This document shows, one piece after another, positions 38,901 through 50,100 of a stretch of DNA of 64,000 nucleotides. The translations under genes and the position numbers were made by a program. The DNA is from Takakia lepidozioides (Eukaryota > Plantae > Bryophyta): assembly GCA_030704615.1 (NCBI GenBank), contig CM060731.1:32984001-33048000 (forward strand). The letters run 5' to 3'. The notes under the pieces are model-generated. The model was not told the DNA's origin. It searched no databases and saw only the letters and a program-made list of their open reading frames with translations. Each line of letters starts with the position of its first letter. The stretch's first letter is position 1.

Positions 38901-40672
38901 AGTCTGCTCGATGGGATTATGCTGGACGAGAGTCTGGTACATGGGAGTGTGCTGGACAAGACTGTGCTGACTGTGAGTCTAGTGGGAAAGAGTATGTTGG
39001 GCAAGAGTCTGCTGGATGCCAGATTGGGTGAGCTTTGTGTTCACCGAGTCTGCAGTGAGTATGGTGTTGACCGGGGAGTTGGCGCGTGCTTTGTCTGCAG
39101 AGTCCAGTGCTGCTATGGCATCTGCTGAGCCAGGGTACTTAAACAAGATGTACTCCCGCACCCGCTCCACTTCCTGGCGCACCGCATTCACCGCTAAAGG
39201 AGGGTCGGAGCTCACCGTCCGCCAAGCACACAAGGCCTCCCGAATACTGGCTCGTTCATCCTGATATATGACAGAAAACCCAAAAACTCAACATCGGACT
39301 CACTAGCAGCAGACTCACGAGCATACTCACCAGCATCGTGGCACAGAACAAAGGAACCAGCGGACTCCAGGGACTGACAAGCAAGTCCACAAGCAGGGGA
39401 CTGAACCAGCAAGTCCACAAGCATGGGACTGACCAGCAAGTCCACAAGCAGACTGACGCAGCAGACCGAGCAGGTAGACTACCAACTACGAGCAGACTCA
39501 CGAGCATCGTGGCACAGAACAAAGGAACCAGCACTCCAGCAGACTCAACGACAAGAGACACCTGCACACGTATAGTAGACTGAACCAGCAGACTGTATGA
39601 CAACAGACACCTGCGGACAGTGGACTGTAGGAGGGGACGCAACAGACTGACGCAATAAACTACCAATTGTGGGGACAGACTGGGCATTATCTCCTCGTCG
39701 TCGTCAACACAGATGTCCTCCTCATCTTCAAGGGAGCTCAACCAATTTTCCTCTGCTGCTTGGATGGTTTTGCTGAGCTGTCCGGACTGGGCGAAACTGT
39801 AGAAAAAACGGAAGAAGTCTGGATCGTCCACTGGTGGGCACACCAATGGGAGAAGCCCAAATGGTATGAGGCGCAATGTGCCAGGACAGACTCCACTGGT
39901 AGCCTCTTTCGACTGGACTTCGTCCACGTGAACCCTCAACTGGTCAGGCAAGATAATGTCAACGGGAGATGAGACACCTCCCATACCTGCGAATTCATCA
40001 TTCCGAATGATGTTTGCAGACGGCTCAGCAGACTGGCTCTCACTCGAAGTACTGATGGATTGCATCTGCTGCGTAGACCGTCTCCCTGGCACAACCCATG
40101 ACACTTCCTGACTGCCTTAGGGACGAGTCTGCTGTTGAGATTTGGCCTCGCCTCCCGAGCAGACCTTGCAGCCTTTCTCTTTCCTTCTTCTGGGCCCCAT
40201 CACTAAGTTTCCTTTTTCTGGGAGCCACAGGCGATGGTGATGTCAGGTCATGCACATCTTGCATTGAAACATCCGAACCCACCCCATACCGTGCGCGCAC
40301 CTCCGCCAAAGTGCGGGCCTTTGGGTTTGCGCCACAAAGTCTGGCGGTGGCCGCATTCACCACCCTCATTGAACTTTGAACTGGCCACGGCTTGAAGCCA
40401 GGTGGGATATAACGCTTGTTTTTGCAACCCGTGTCAATACAATGGCGGTTTAGCTGCACTTTGTCCTTGATAATTTCACTACAGAAGGGACAGTGGAGCT
40501 TATCCTTTTGCCAGTTGGAGTCTGCAGGCTTGATTGCGCGGAGGTCTAAGAATGCTTCGACTATTTTCACATCATACTCCTCAGGTGAGTACCAGTACCT
40601 TCATTCCTTTAGCCTGGACTTGTGCATGAAATGCAACCAGTCTGCTCCACCCTTTGCACAAGCATCCTCCAT
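35969..40672 (-). pseudogene. Unknown MULE accessory gene(s): C2HC zinc-finger-like N-terminus, NLS, helical domain, Q/T/D-rich repeats
   Basis: Chain of long minus-strand ORFs (40570-40040, 40104-39256, 39233-38979, 38765-37971, 37998-36931, 36403-35969). MEDACAKG start at 40672 with one in-frame TGA. CPFC-x12-H-x4-C and PRKRK. No family recognised; exon structure unresolved. Confidence 0.5.
36601..37020. repeat. 144-bp tandem repeat, about 3 copies
   Basis: ATGTTGGCCCT recurs at 36601, 36745 and 36889. Confidence 0.85.
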
Positions 40673-43098
40673 GGTTGCAGAATCAGATAAGAGATGCAAC
40701 GGCAATGAGCGATAGACAGACTAAGAATAAGAAAGCAGAGACGAGCGGAAAAGAGAATGGAAAGAAACCAAAGCACAAAGTACAAAGAGGAACTCACTGG
40801 GCGTGTTGCGGAGGCGACGGTTGTTGCGACGATTCGGAGCTCACGCGACTGTCCGCGCCTCGAAAAGCTAACACGCACAAAGGAAAGCGGGCTCGCACAA
40901 ATGGGAGGTGGACGGGCCCTAAACGAAACAATGTGAAAGAAGTCCAGCGGGAAGTGGAGAATAGGTATAACCCTGCATACGTGGAGTGACGTGGCGAGAT
41001 TTCACTGGCATCCCTTTTTGGCCGCACACCCCTCACACGTGCTGGCGGTATGCCACTGCACGGACAGTCCAGCAGACGGGATGAGCGGGACTATCGTCAG
41101 TCGGTCCAGCAGACGGAAGGTTCAACAAACTGACGAAGAGATTGGCGCAGAGTAATTTGCGCAACAACAGACTGATTTCTAACAGACTAATATCCCAAAA
41201 GACAAAGTATCCCCTAGGCGGCTGGGTGATACAGGAGTAAACCGTAAACCGCACTTTCTGTCCAAGTTCAGACGCGGCGCGAGATCACTGGCGCCCCTTC
41301 CTGCCGTCGTTGCATTAATAGGTCTAGCAGACTTACACGTGATTATAATGACGGCTCAACAGACCTAGCGCAAACAGACTTGCGCCACAGTAGACTGACT
41401 TTGTGACTGATATCAGAAGAGACGGACAAACCAGCAGTCCGACGGCTCAGCAAACTCACGACAATGCGGATAATTAAAATGTAGTAGTTAAACGGACTCA
41501 TATCCGAAGAGACGGACTTCCAACTGACCGACGGTTCAACAGACTGACGAAAGAAGAGACTTCGGGGATAAGACGAGAGAAGACACTTCGGAATTTGGTA
41601 GGCAGTGACGGCCCAGTAGTCCAGTGAAGAACAGACTCGCGCCACACCAGACTTGTATCCTTACAGACCAACAGTCCAGCAAACTAGACTGATATCCCAT
41701 CAGAACCACGCTTGGCGTCGCCGTCATGCAGTGGTTGCATTTCATCCGTCCAGTAGACTTGCATATGCCCATACTCATGGTACAACACACTGGTTAGAGA
41801 AAGTACTGACAAAGACGCAGTCGAAGAGCCTGTTGATCCACGCGCATTTGCAGTCGTAAGGACCTCGAACATCCACAAGCAACGTGAATCCACATCTCTC
41901 ACGCTGCGTCTCCTTTCCCATCGTCCAGTTTTCAAGGAGATGGTAGTGGTTGAGATGTGATGTTTCAGGAGGTGCATCTGGATGTTTGAGGACTTTCGGA
42001 CTGGATCTTGTTCCGTTCACACTCTCCGCAGTTCCGAGACATGTGGTGGCAGAGACGTCCTCCCCTGAACAGTCTCATCGGTGGACATAAATTCTGCAAT
42101 GTATACACGCCCCCACGTGCATATGCTTCCGCGATTTCCGCTATCGTGTTACACAATGGTTTCCTGCTCCATACGAAGGAGCTCAGACTCGGACACACAC
42201 CACAAACCGTAAACGCATGCAATTTTTCCACATATTGTCCTAAAAAATTAAGCACGTCAGCACAAAACGAAGGCGAAAATAGTGGAAGCATATGCACGAT
42301 GGTGGTTGTAGAGCCCTGCCAGCCCTCTCATGTTCAGGCACACCCTTCATCGTCATTAAAATCGCCATAAACAAGAAGAACAGCCGCATGCGTGCAAAGT
42401 CACCTCCGCAACATTGGACAACAAAGAGCCGCAAGAACGGGACAACAAAGAGCCGCAAGAACGAGCCAACAAGAACGAGTGGGCGAGTTTGTGGCAGGAT
42501 GTTACAATCTTCCATGCCCTAAACATAGATGGCGCGGATGGGTTTCTCAGAATGGACGATCCAGATCCTTCGGCCGGCGCGGACTAGCAGACTGGCAGAC
42601 TGGCACAACGGACTGTTGGGTGGACTTGCGGGGACTGGCATAGCGGACTGGCGGTTTGGCGGACTGAGGGGAACTAGACTCACGGGCAGCGGTCTGGCGG
42701 GCGGACTGGCCGCGCCGGACTGAGGGCGCGGCGGAGCGCGGGCGGGGCTGCGGCAGCAGGTGGGCGACCGCGCGCAGCGGCGGGCGGGGGGCGCCCGTGC
42801 GCAGGGCCCACCGGTCAGCTCGCGCGTGCGCCATAACGTCCCAATTATTGTAAAATGAGAGGCCAATCTACTGGTTATGCCATCTTAAAAATTGCCGGTT
42901 CCATAGTACCGGTTATGGGATTCATCCATTTTTATATTTTTACTTTTTTCTAGCATTTTTGTGTATGTGTGTAAAACTACACAAGAGGGTTGTGGCATGG
43001 TGGTAAGCCACTCATGTATTGGCCTGTGGGTCTCGGGTTCAAAAGTTCAACCCCTACCATCTATCTCTCTGCCTTCAGGCTGCCCCTTAATACTCTAA

Positions 43099-44462
43099 GG
43101 CGCCCCCGGCTGCACCTGCCGGTTATCTAATAGGCCACTAGCCACAGCTAGCGCGCCGGTTAGCTAGCAGGTCTGGCATGAAACTGGACAGCAGCCGCAC
43201 TTGGCAGCTAACAAACTGCCGCGCGGCAGTTTGTTAACAGGAGCGCAAAAACAAGTTTTTCGGGCTGCCCGCACGTCCTCCCACCTGTCTTCCCTGCGGC
43301 TATGGTGGACGGAGCCCGTGGGAGCTGCTTGACTCCACGAAGCGAAACCTGCGAAACTTGTGTTGCTTGGTGCCTGCAAACTGTACATAGGAAATGGAGG
43401 AAATGGATGCAAACATCAAAACAAGAAGCAGCAGTTAGATTGTGGTGGATCTGTGGAAAATGTGCAAGTGTTTGTTGTAGAGATATCTGATTCAATTGTG
43501 GTTGTTCTTTAGGGACAGCCACAAATAAATTTGAAGACCAATCTTATGCTAGGTTCAAAGCGAGTAGATGAGCCAGGGTTTCACATATCATCACCAATAA
43601 TACCCTTCAGAACATGCCCCAAGTAATGTATGGGAATCTCTTCCAGCATCTCTTCCAACAGTCTTTAGCTGAATCTTGCACATGAACTTGGTGGCAGTGT
43701 GACTACTGCCACATGTGCGAAGGTTCTGGCTTATGCAGATTGGTGTCTCAGGGGATGTGCTGATTACCCCCGTAGCAGTGCCAAGCTTTTGCTTCAGTGG
43801 GCAAGGGCCAATTCCTCATCTGATCCACATTGCCTACGACAAACTGTGTGTCAGCCACATATCTTGCCAACTTCTCTCCCTGTCAACACTGCTGAATTTT
43901 GTGGTTCCAGCTTGAGAACATACTCCGCGACAAGTTCAGCTAGCTCCACATGGCCATGGACTCTGCAAGCACCAAGCAAATGCGCCCCATACTTTGGTGT
44001 CTGGATATGGCATCTTATTTATAAGCTCCTCAGCCTCATTCAGGTGCCCTGCACGACCAAGAAGGTCAACCATGCAGCCATAGTGCGCTTTTCTGTTGGC
44101 ATGATCAACAAAAAACAAGAAAGAACAAGAACAGAATGAGATGGATTGAGAGAGATGATGAAAGAGAGGGAGGCAGAGAGAGGGAAGAGGGGCAGGGAGG
44201 GAGAAAGGGAGAGATCATAGGGAAGGGGAGACGCTGTTGCGCGCAAGATCGACTGATCGACTGATCGACTTTTAGTCGGTGACCGCGATTTACCACCTGG
44301 GGGGAGGACGTGCTAAATGTCAGAGGAGTCCTTTGTTTTTAACGGCAGCTAGGAGCCTGCTAACTAGTAGGGGTCCCTAACGTGTAGGTGCGGCCGTCAC
44401 CACGCCGTTAATGGCTGCCAGCTAGCTTAGCAGGCCGCTTAGCAGCCAGGTGCGGCGGGGCC
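43099..44462. mobile_element. Non-autonomous PIF/Harbinger-like element with a captured gene fragment
   Basis: TAA on both sides (43096-43098, 44463-44465). Imperfect TIR GGCGCCCCCGGCTGCACCTG / CAGGTGCGGCGGGGCC. GCTAGC-rich subterminal regions at both ends. Confidence 0.55.
43591..44085 (-). pseudogene. PLS-class PPR C-terminal fragment (last repeat, E domain, degenerate DYW deaminase domain)
   Basis: [32 protein letters not shown], frameshift, [13 protein letters not shown]...LEP, then KL...GVISTSPETPI.ISQNLRTCGSSHTATKFM...RDA..SH...GACSEGYYW*. Confidence 0.88.
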
Positions 44463-44501
44463 TAAGTTTACAACCATTGTTTTAGCCAAATGCTCAACTA
44501 A

Positions 44502-44874
44502 TAATTTCCTATTTACTTGGGCATTCTCAATGTTGTGCACCTAATCTCCCCAACCATTGTAAGCATATTGTTACTAGTAAGACATAATCAGGATATGTCC
44601 ATATGCAATAATCTTAACTGCCATCACCAACCCCTATACCTATGTTATCTAGAACCGCCTCTACGCCATGCACATTTGCTTCGGATCCTGCTCCGGGTAT
44701 AACACCCTTATAATCACAATGCCGGTTATAACATAGGTATAGGGGTTGGTGATGGCAGTTAAGATTATTGCATATGGACATATCCTGATTATGTCTTACT
44801 AGTAACAATATGCTTACAATGGTTGGGGAGATTAGGTGCACAACATTGAGAATGCCCAAGTAAATAGGAAATTA
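44502..44874. repeat. Long inverted repeat: 147-bp arms, 79-bp spacer
   Basis: 44502-44648 is the reverse complement of 44728-44874. The same peptide appears on both strands in the ORF track. Confidence 0.95.
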
Positions 44875-45108
44875 ATTAGGAGGAACCGGCTATGGAAGGG
44901 AACCGGCAAAAGCCATCCAGCTTCCTAACCGGCTAGAGAACCGGCATCTGGATTGTAAGGGTGTTATACCCGGATAACGTAGGTATAGGGGTTCCCTTCC
45001 ATAGCTGGTTCCTCCTAGGGCTGCACTTTCCGGGTATGCATATGTGCATAACCGGCAAATAACCGTATGCATGTCCAGATGCCATACCCGGCCAACACTG
45101 GTATTGAC

Positions 45109-45223
45109 CTCGGTATTGGAATTGTCAATACCAGGCGGTTCGGTTATTAACCCTAGTATTACAACAGCCAATACCAGCTGGGTTGGTTATTTAATACCCT
45201 GGTTGATACCCGGCCAGGCCCTG
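45109..45223. mobile_element. Right end of an older related hAT-like element that was the insertion target
   Basis: Ends GATACCCGGCCAGGCCCTG, similar to the neighbouring TIRs. GGTATTG/CAATACC motifs continue from 9828-9879. Left terminus and TSD not found. Confidence 0.4.
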
Positions 45224-47101
45224 TATACACACTGGAGGAAACCTGTAACAAGTGCATGGCCTCGGCCTCGATGTCATCGATGCATGGGCCCACAAAACTA
45301 CCATCTTTAGCAGGTCTTTAGCTGCCTGCCAGGTTCAAGTATGGCGGCCAGGATCTCGAGGTTTTGAAATTGTTCACCTCCGCGGAAAACTGGCAGGCAC
45401 AGTTGTTGAACCCGAACAACAAGCTGCACTTGGTGACCTTGCACTAGAATTGCGTACTTGAGTGACTAGCGCATAGCTAGTTCATTGACATCTGGAACTG
45501 TGTGACACACGCTGCATTCCCAGACCAGAAAGGTGTTAATTAGTTCCACAGACGAGCCTCGCGACCATAGACGGGAACTTTTAAAACCATCAGGAAATTT
45601 GGCTACTCTAGATGCACACAGCATTTGCTTCCCTCCTACGAAAGGATTCATCTAGGGACGATAACAAAAGGCATCCCAAGGGCAGGTAGCCACAGCAATT
45701 CATTACGAATTTTGAAACAGCTTTTCACTTTTCACAAGTGACTGACTAGCTGTTGCTCTCTTGTAGCAGCACTGAGTAAGATAGGTGGGGAGCTACTTCT
45801 CAATTGGAAACAAAAGGAAGGTCTGAGATTGCTGCTTGTAACTGATTTGGTAGATAGACTTGCTGGATGACACGAACCTCATTCGATTTAAAGACTTCAG
45901 GAAGAAGTAGAATCATAATAGAATGGATGACAATTCAGCTATCATATCTGATACTTGACAGCCTCACTGAGATTGTGGCATTCACACTGGTCAATAGGGA
46001 CAAGCCTGGATTGGGATCTGGTATGAGTAGGCTGGTGAGTCTTGAGGGAATGGTTCTGCTACTAAATCAAGACGATATGAAAAGTGAAACCTGCAGACCA
46101 TTCAAACTCTTCATAGGTGATCTGTCCATGAGCACAGTTCACTTCAGCATAGAAAACTGGAGGCGTAGGGCTCAAAAACAGGGTAAATAGATCCCAAGGT
46201 TTTCGCGGAAATAGAATACAAGACAGACATAGGGTCCAGCTGTGAGGGCGCAAATCCTTGGTAAGAAATTCTCTAAAGGAATGCGATGTAGTGGGAGACA
46301 AAGGAACAAAAGGGGTGAAATTATGCCTGCATCCAGCAGTTTGTGGTGTTTGCAGCCAGACTGAATTCTTCAATCAGCAACTATCCCCATGACCACAGAA
46401 ATTATCAACAATCAATATTAGGCCTTCTCCTTCCCCAGAGCACACCATTTCCTTCCTACTAGTATGCTGGTAAGAGATGCTTTGAACATGTACACATGCC
46501 TCTGTCTGCTAAGGTCTGTTGGTATCTTTGTGGATGGAACACAAATTCACCCAAATTGTCCACTGCATACTGGGTGGGTCCATCTGCAAAGAGTGTAGGG
46601 GACTGCTTACAGGTTTTGTGAAGTCAGGTTTTGCAAGGAAAAATGACTGGGAAGGTGAGTGTGTAATTCTTAATTTCAGCATAGCAGGGGGCACCCGTAA
46701 TAAGACTGTAATTCCCAAGCTAGCAACAAAACAGGGAGATCTGGATGGGTGGTGAAAACTTTGAGGCCAAGATTTGGGGATCTCGTCAGATAGAATTTTT
46801 TGTGTCGGTCAACTTCATGGCAAAAATATGGAACAATAAGCCTATGGTGATCAACCAGATTTTGCTACTCCCAGCATATGCCTGAATTGGGAGATACTGT
46901 GTGGCACCCAACCACTGGCATGGGACCTTAACTGCTTTAGCTACAGTATTACTGACACTCTTGATGTGTAGTGTGCCACAAGCACACACTGCAAATCAAG
47001 AGCTTCGGGTACACTCTTGATATGTGACTGCCAAACCCTACAGCCCAAAGATAGGAGGGAGAGAAAAGGGAAGTAGTGGGTTAGGAGAAATGGATCACTG
47101 A

Positions 47102-50100
47102 TTAAAATGACAGATCTCCATTAGGGTGCCCAGTAGAGCCATTGTGAGGCTTTTCTGTCTGACCTTGAAACAGGTCACCTAGCATTTGCTCGATCATTTC
47201 AGGCAAGTACTTAACATATTTGTTAGGGCCAGCACCCAAGTCTAACAAGGGGCCATAACTCTGAATGTAGCTCCTGTAGGCAGGAACAATGGCCTGCACA
47301 ACTGCGAGCCGGGTCCCATCTCTCAAGTCATCCTCTGAGATGGTCCATCTTGAGTGTCTTCGGCAAACATCCTCAAATGCTGCAGTGAATGATCTTAGGC
47401 GCTGTCGCACCAGTTCACGAGCCACTGCTTTTCCCCCTGAAGACACCAAGAGCCCCTCACGACTAAGATGGAGTAACACACGGCGCCAACCTTCCTTCTG
47501 ATACCCAAGGGCATGTTGCTCCACCTGCAAGATCATGGGATGTCCACAATCATAAACAGAGATGAAATAATACGAGTCTTTGAGAGGTTAGAAAAGAATG
47601 TACTCATAAGACGTTGTTTGCCGTAGCCTAGAGAGGTTAGAAAAGAGAGAAAGAGAGAGACCTCATGGCATCCACAAGAAACCAAAGGACCAGAACTCAC
47701 TAGACATTGCTCAGGGTACAAGAGGGAGAGACAGAGAGAAGGAACAAGGGAGCCCCCAGGAAACAGCCACAGCCACAGCCACAGCCAGAGTCAGAGTACA
47801 TCTCTCAGATATCCTCTCTCCATCCAAATGCCCTTTTCTAGATCGTATTACAGGCCATGTTAAGTATCTGTGGTCTCAGTCAGGTCCATAGGAGTGCTGG
47901 AATCAACATTCTGGTTTCTGGCATGATACTTATACCAGCTTGTACATCATACAATACTCGATTCGTGTAGCTCGATTGTCATTAGTTGTGTTCGAGCACA
48001 ATGACCATTTCCAGGTATGACTGTATGTAGAAACCATGACAAACTTGGAGAGGGTCGATATCATGTAGAGACAACATTTCCCAGTCGGTGTTTGCAGGAA
48101 TGCTCAATGAGCACACACACATAAAAAAAACTTTCCTCTTGGTGCGAGAACCCTACCTTGCGGCCATGCTCGGAGAGCCAGGTCTCACCCAGCAGCACCC
48201 CGAGCTCACACTTTTTGCAGCGTGTCCGCATATACCAAATGTTATTCATCAGAAAGATGTGCCTCTGGGCGAGGTCAGAATACTCCTTTGAACGGTCCTC
48301 CACTTGGCGTTCGAGTGCTTGCAGGAAAAGTAGAATCCCATGGGGTAGCCCCCGCTCCTCAGGTCGCCCCTCACCCCGCCAACTCTGCTCGATCTTCAAC
48401 ACTTGGTCCATAATTGGGCTGTAGAATTCACTGACGAGATACTTGAGGTAATTGACCACGTAGCTGCAGAGTCGAGTTACACTACCGTCACAGACAATGG
48501 GCCCCTCATTCTGTTCCTCCACCCACTGCTTGAACTCCCAGAACGTTTTGGAGGCTCCATAAACAACCTGCATCCATTTTGTTCAATTGGTGAATCCAAA
48601 GGGCTCCTCAGAGTTAAAGTATTGTTGCCTGCAAGGTGCAGAAGGTTTGCAGAATATCACGATGCAAGTAAAAGGAATACCCTCTGAGGCAATCACAAAC
48701 CAGAAGAGCAATCGGTTTGTTGATGTTGCCACTGAATGACAAACATGTGCAGAGTTAACCAACCAAGCATCTTGCCATACATTTGACTTTGAAGTAAACT
48801 AGCAATTTCATTGTTTGTACCAATTACATTTAGATCAAGTTCACCACAAACCAAATCTACACACTTGATTAGTTCAATGGCCTTGTGATTGCTCCTAGAC
48901 ATGTAGGCAATACTCCATCATAATATGTACTAAAACAAGACAGCAGTCAGAAGATCAGGACAGCAAAGACCAAGCCAAGCATTTAAAGTTCTGATCAGGC
49001 TCTACACTTGCAGATTTGGCAGAATTCAACGTCTAAGTTGTGTAGCAACCTGTTTTTGAAGCTCCCGCACTCGCAAGCGAATCTCAAGGCAGCCCTCCCC
49101 CTCAAAGACTTTGGCCACACTGGGAGCACAATTCTCCAAGGCCTCAAACATGTCAAGCAGCTTGAAAAGCTTTTCAGGAGCCCGCTGGCTGCGTGCAACC
49201 CCTTCCCCGAACTTCAAAAAGGCACTCATCCCAGTGTGGGCCACCTTGCAAAAGCAATCAACCCACACTGACTGCCCCAGATTGCCAAAAATTTGGCTGG
49301 CAAGTTGCCTTTCCCTGGAATACAATACCTTCACTGCCACCTCAATCTGCTGAGCCCATGATGCTATCATGGTTTGCAGCTCCTCCCACTCTATTTTATC
49401 GACTGCCTCTGCACTAGAGTTTTTCAAATAGTCCACATGCAGTGCCTGCAAGGTAGCACGCATATGTTTAGATTCTATCTAAACATATACGTAAATCTAA
49501 ACGTATACGTTTTGTTTTCAAACTTACAGTTAATTACTCACAACCACCAGAGTCCTGTGCCCCATCTATTTATTATGAATATGGTCTTTCTTTCTTTTCC
49601 TAGTCTTTTCTTTCCCTGGCGCTTTGGAATTTCTGTGAATGTATTACGTTGTGGTTGTCCAATCCAAGGCAGTCACAATGGAAGTAAATCTAACAGATAG
49701 ACAATTTATACCTGCAAGCTCACAAAGGCCCGAGAGCTCCGAATTTCCCAGTACGTATCCATACATGCTTGAGCTTGATGATTGGCTGCCAGTCTTTTCA
49801 TAATGGAATGCAATTTATCCATCACTGCAGTTGGGAAAAGGTATGAACTCTTTTCAGGAGCAGTAGACTCATCTGTCTGGACAGGCACCCGTTCAGGGAG
49901 GGACAATGGCAGACTATGCTCAACTACTAGGCACTTGAACTCCGCCTCCAACTTCTCCAGTGCAATACCTAGCAACCCCCCATCCAGCCCTGATGATGCC
50001 TTACCTGCACAAATACCCATTACTTTTAGTTCTCTCTCTCTCTCTCTTTCTTGATCTCTTTTTTTATCCTGATGGTGGCTAAGCTCCTGGTAACACCATT

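Larger units (their letters stand above)
10058..42863. mobile_element. Mutator-like element (MULE), 32.8 kb including nested insertions
   Basis: Long TIRs at 10058-~10437 and ~42528-42863 (GCCTCTCATTTTACAATAATTGGGACGTTATGGCG...). G...C termini. 9-bp TSD CAATCTACC (10049-10057) / CAATCTACT (42864-42872), 8/9 match. Confidence 0.88.
9888..45100. mobile_element. Non-autonomous hAT, ~1 kb own sequence, expanded to 35.2 kb by nested insertions
   Basis: Perfect 16-bp TIR CAGTGTTGGCCGGGTA / TACCCGGCCAACACTG. Identical 8-bp TSD GTATTGAC at 9880-9887 and 45101-45108. CCGGTT subterminal motifs in all three body segments. Confidence 0.9.

Noticed and set aside
41684-42370. Cys-rich short ORFs near the right MULE TIR as a separate gene
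   Set aside because: All frames are interrupted and no motif was recognised. A decayed exon cannot be excluded but is not supportable.
44517-44859. Identical short ORFs on both strands
   Set aside because: A by-product of the inverted repeat, not genes.
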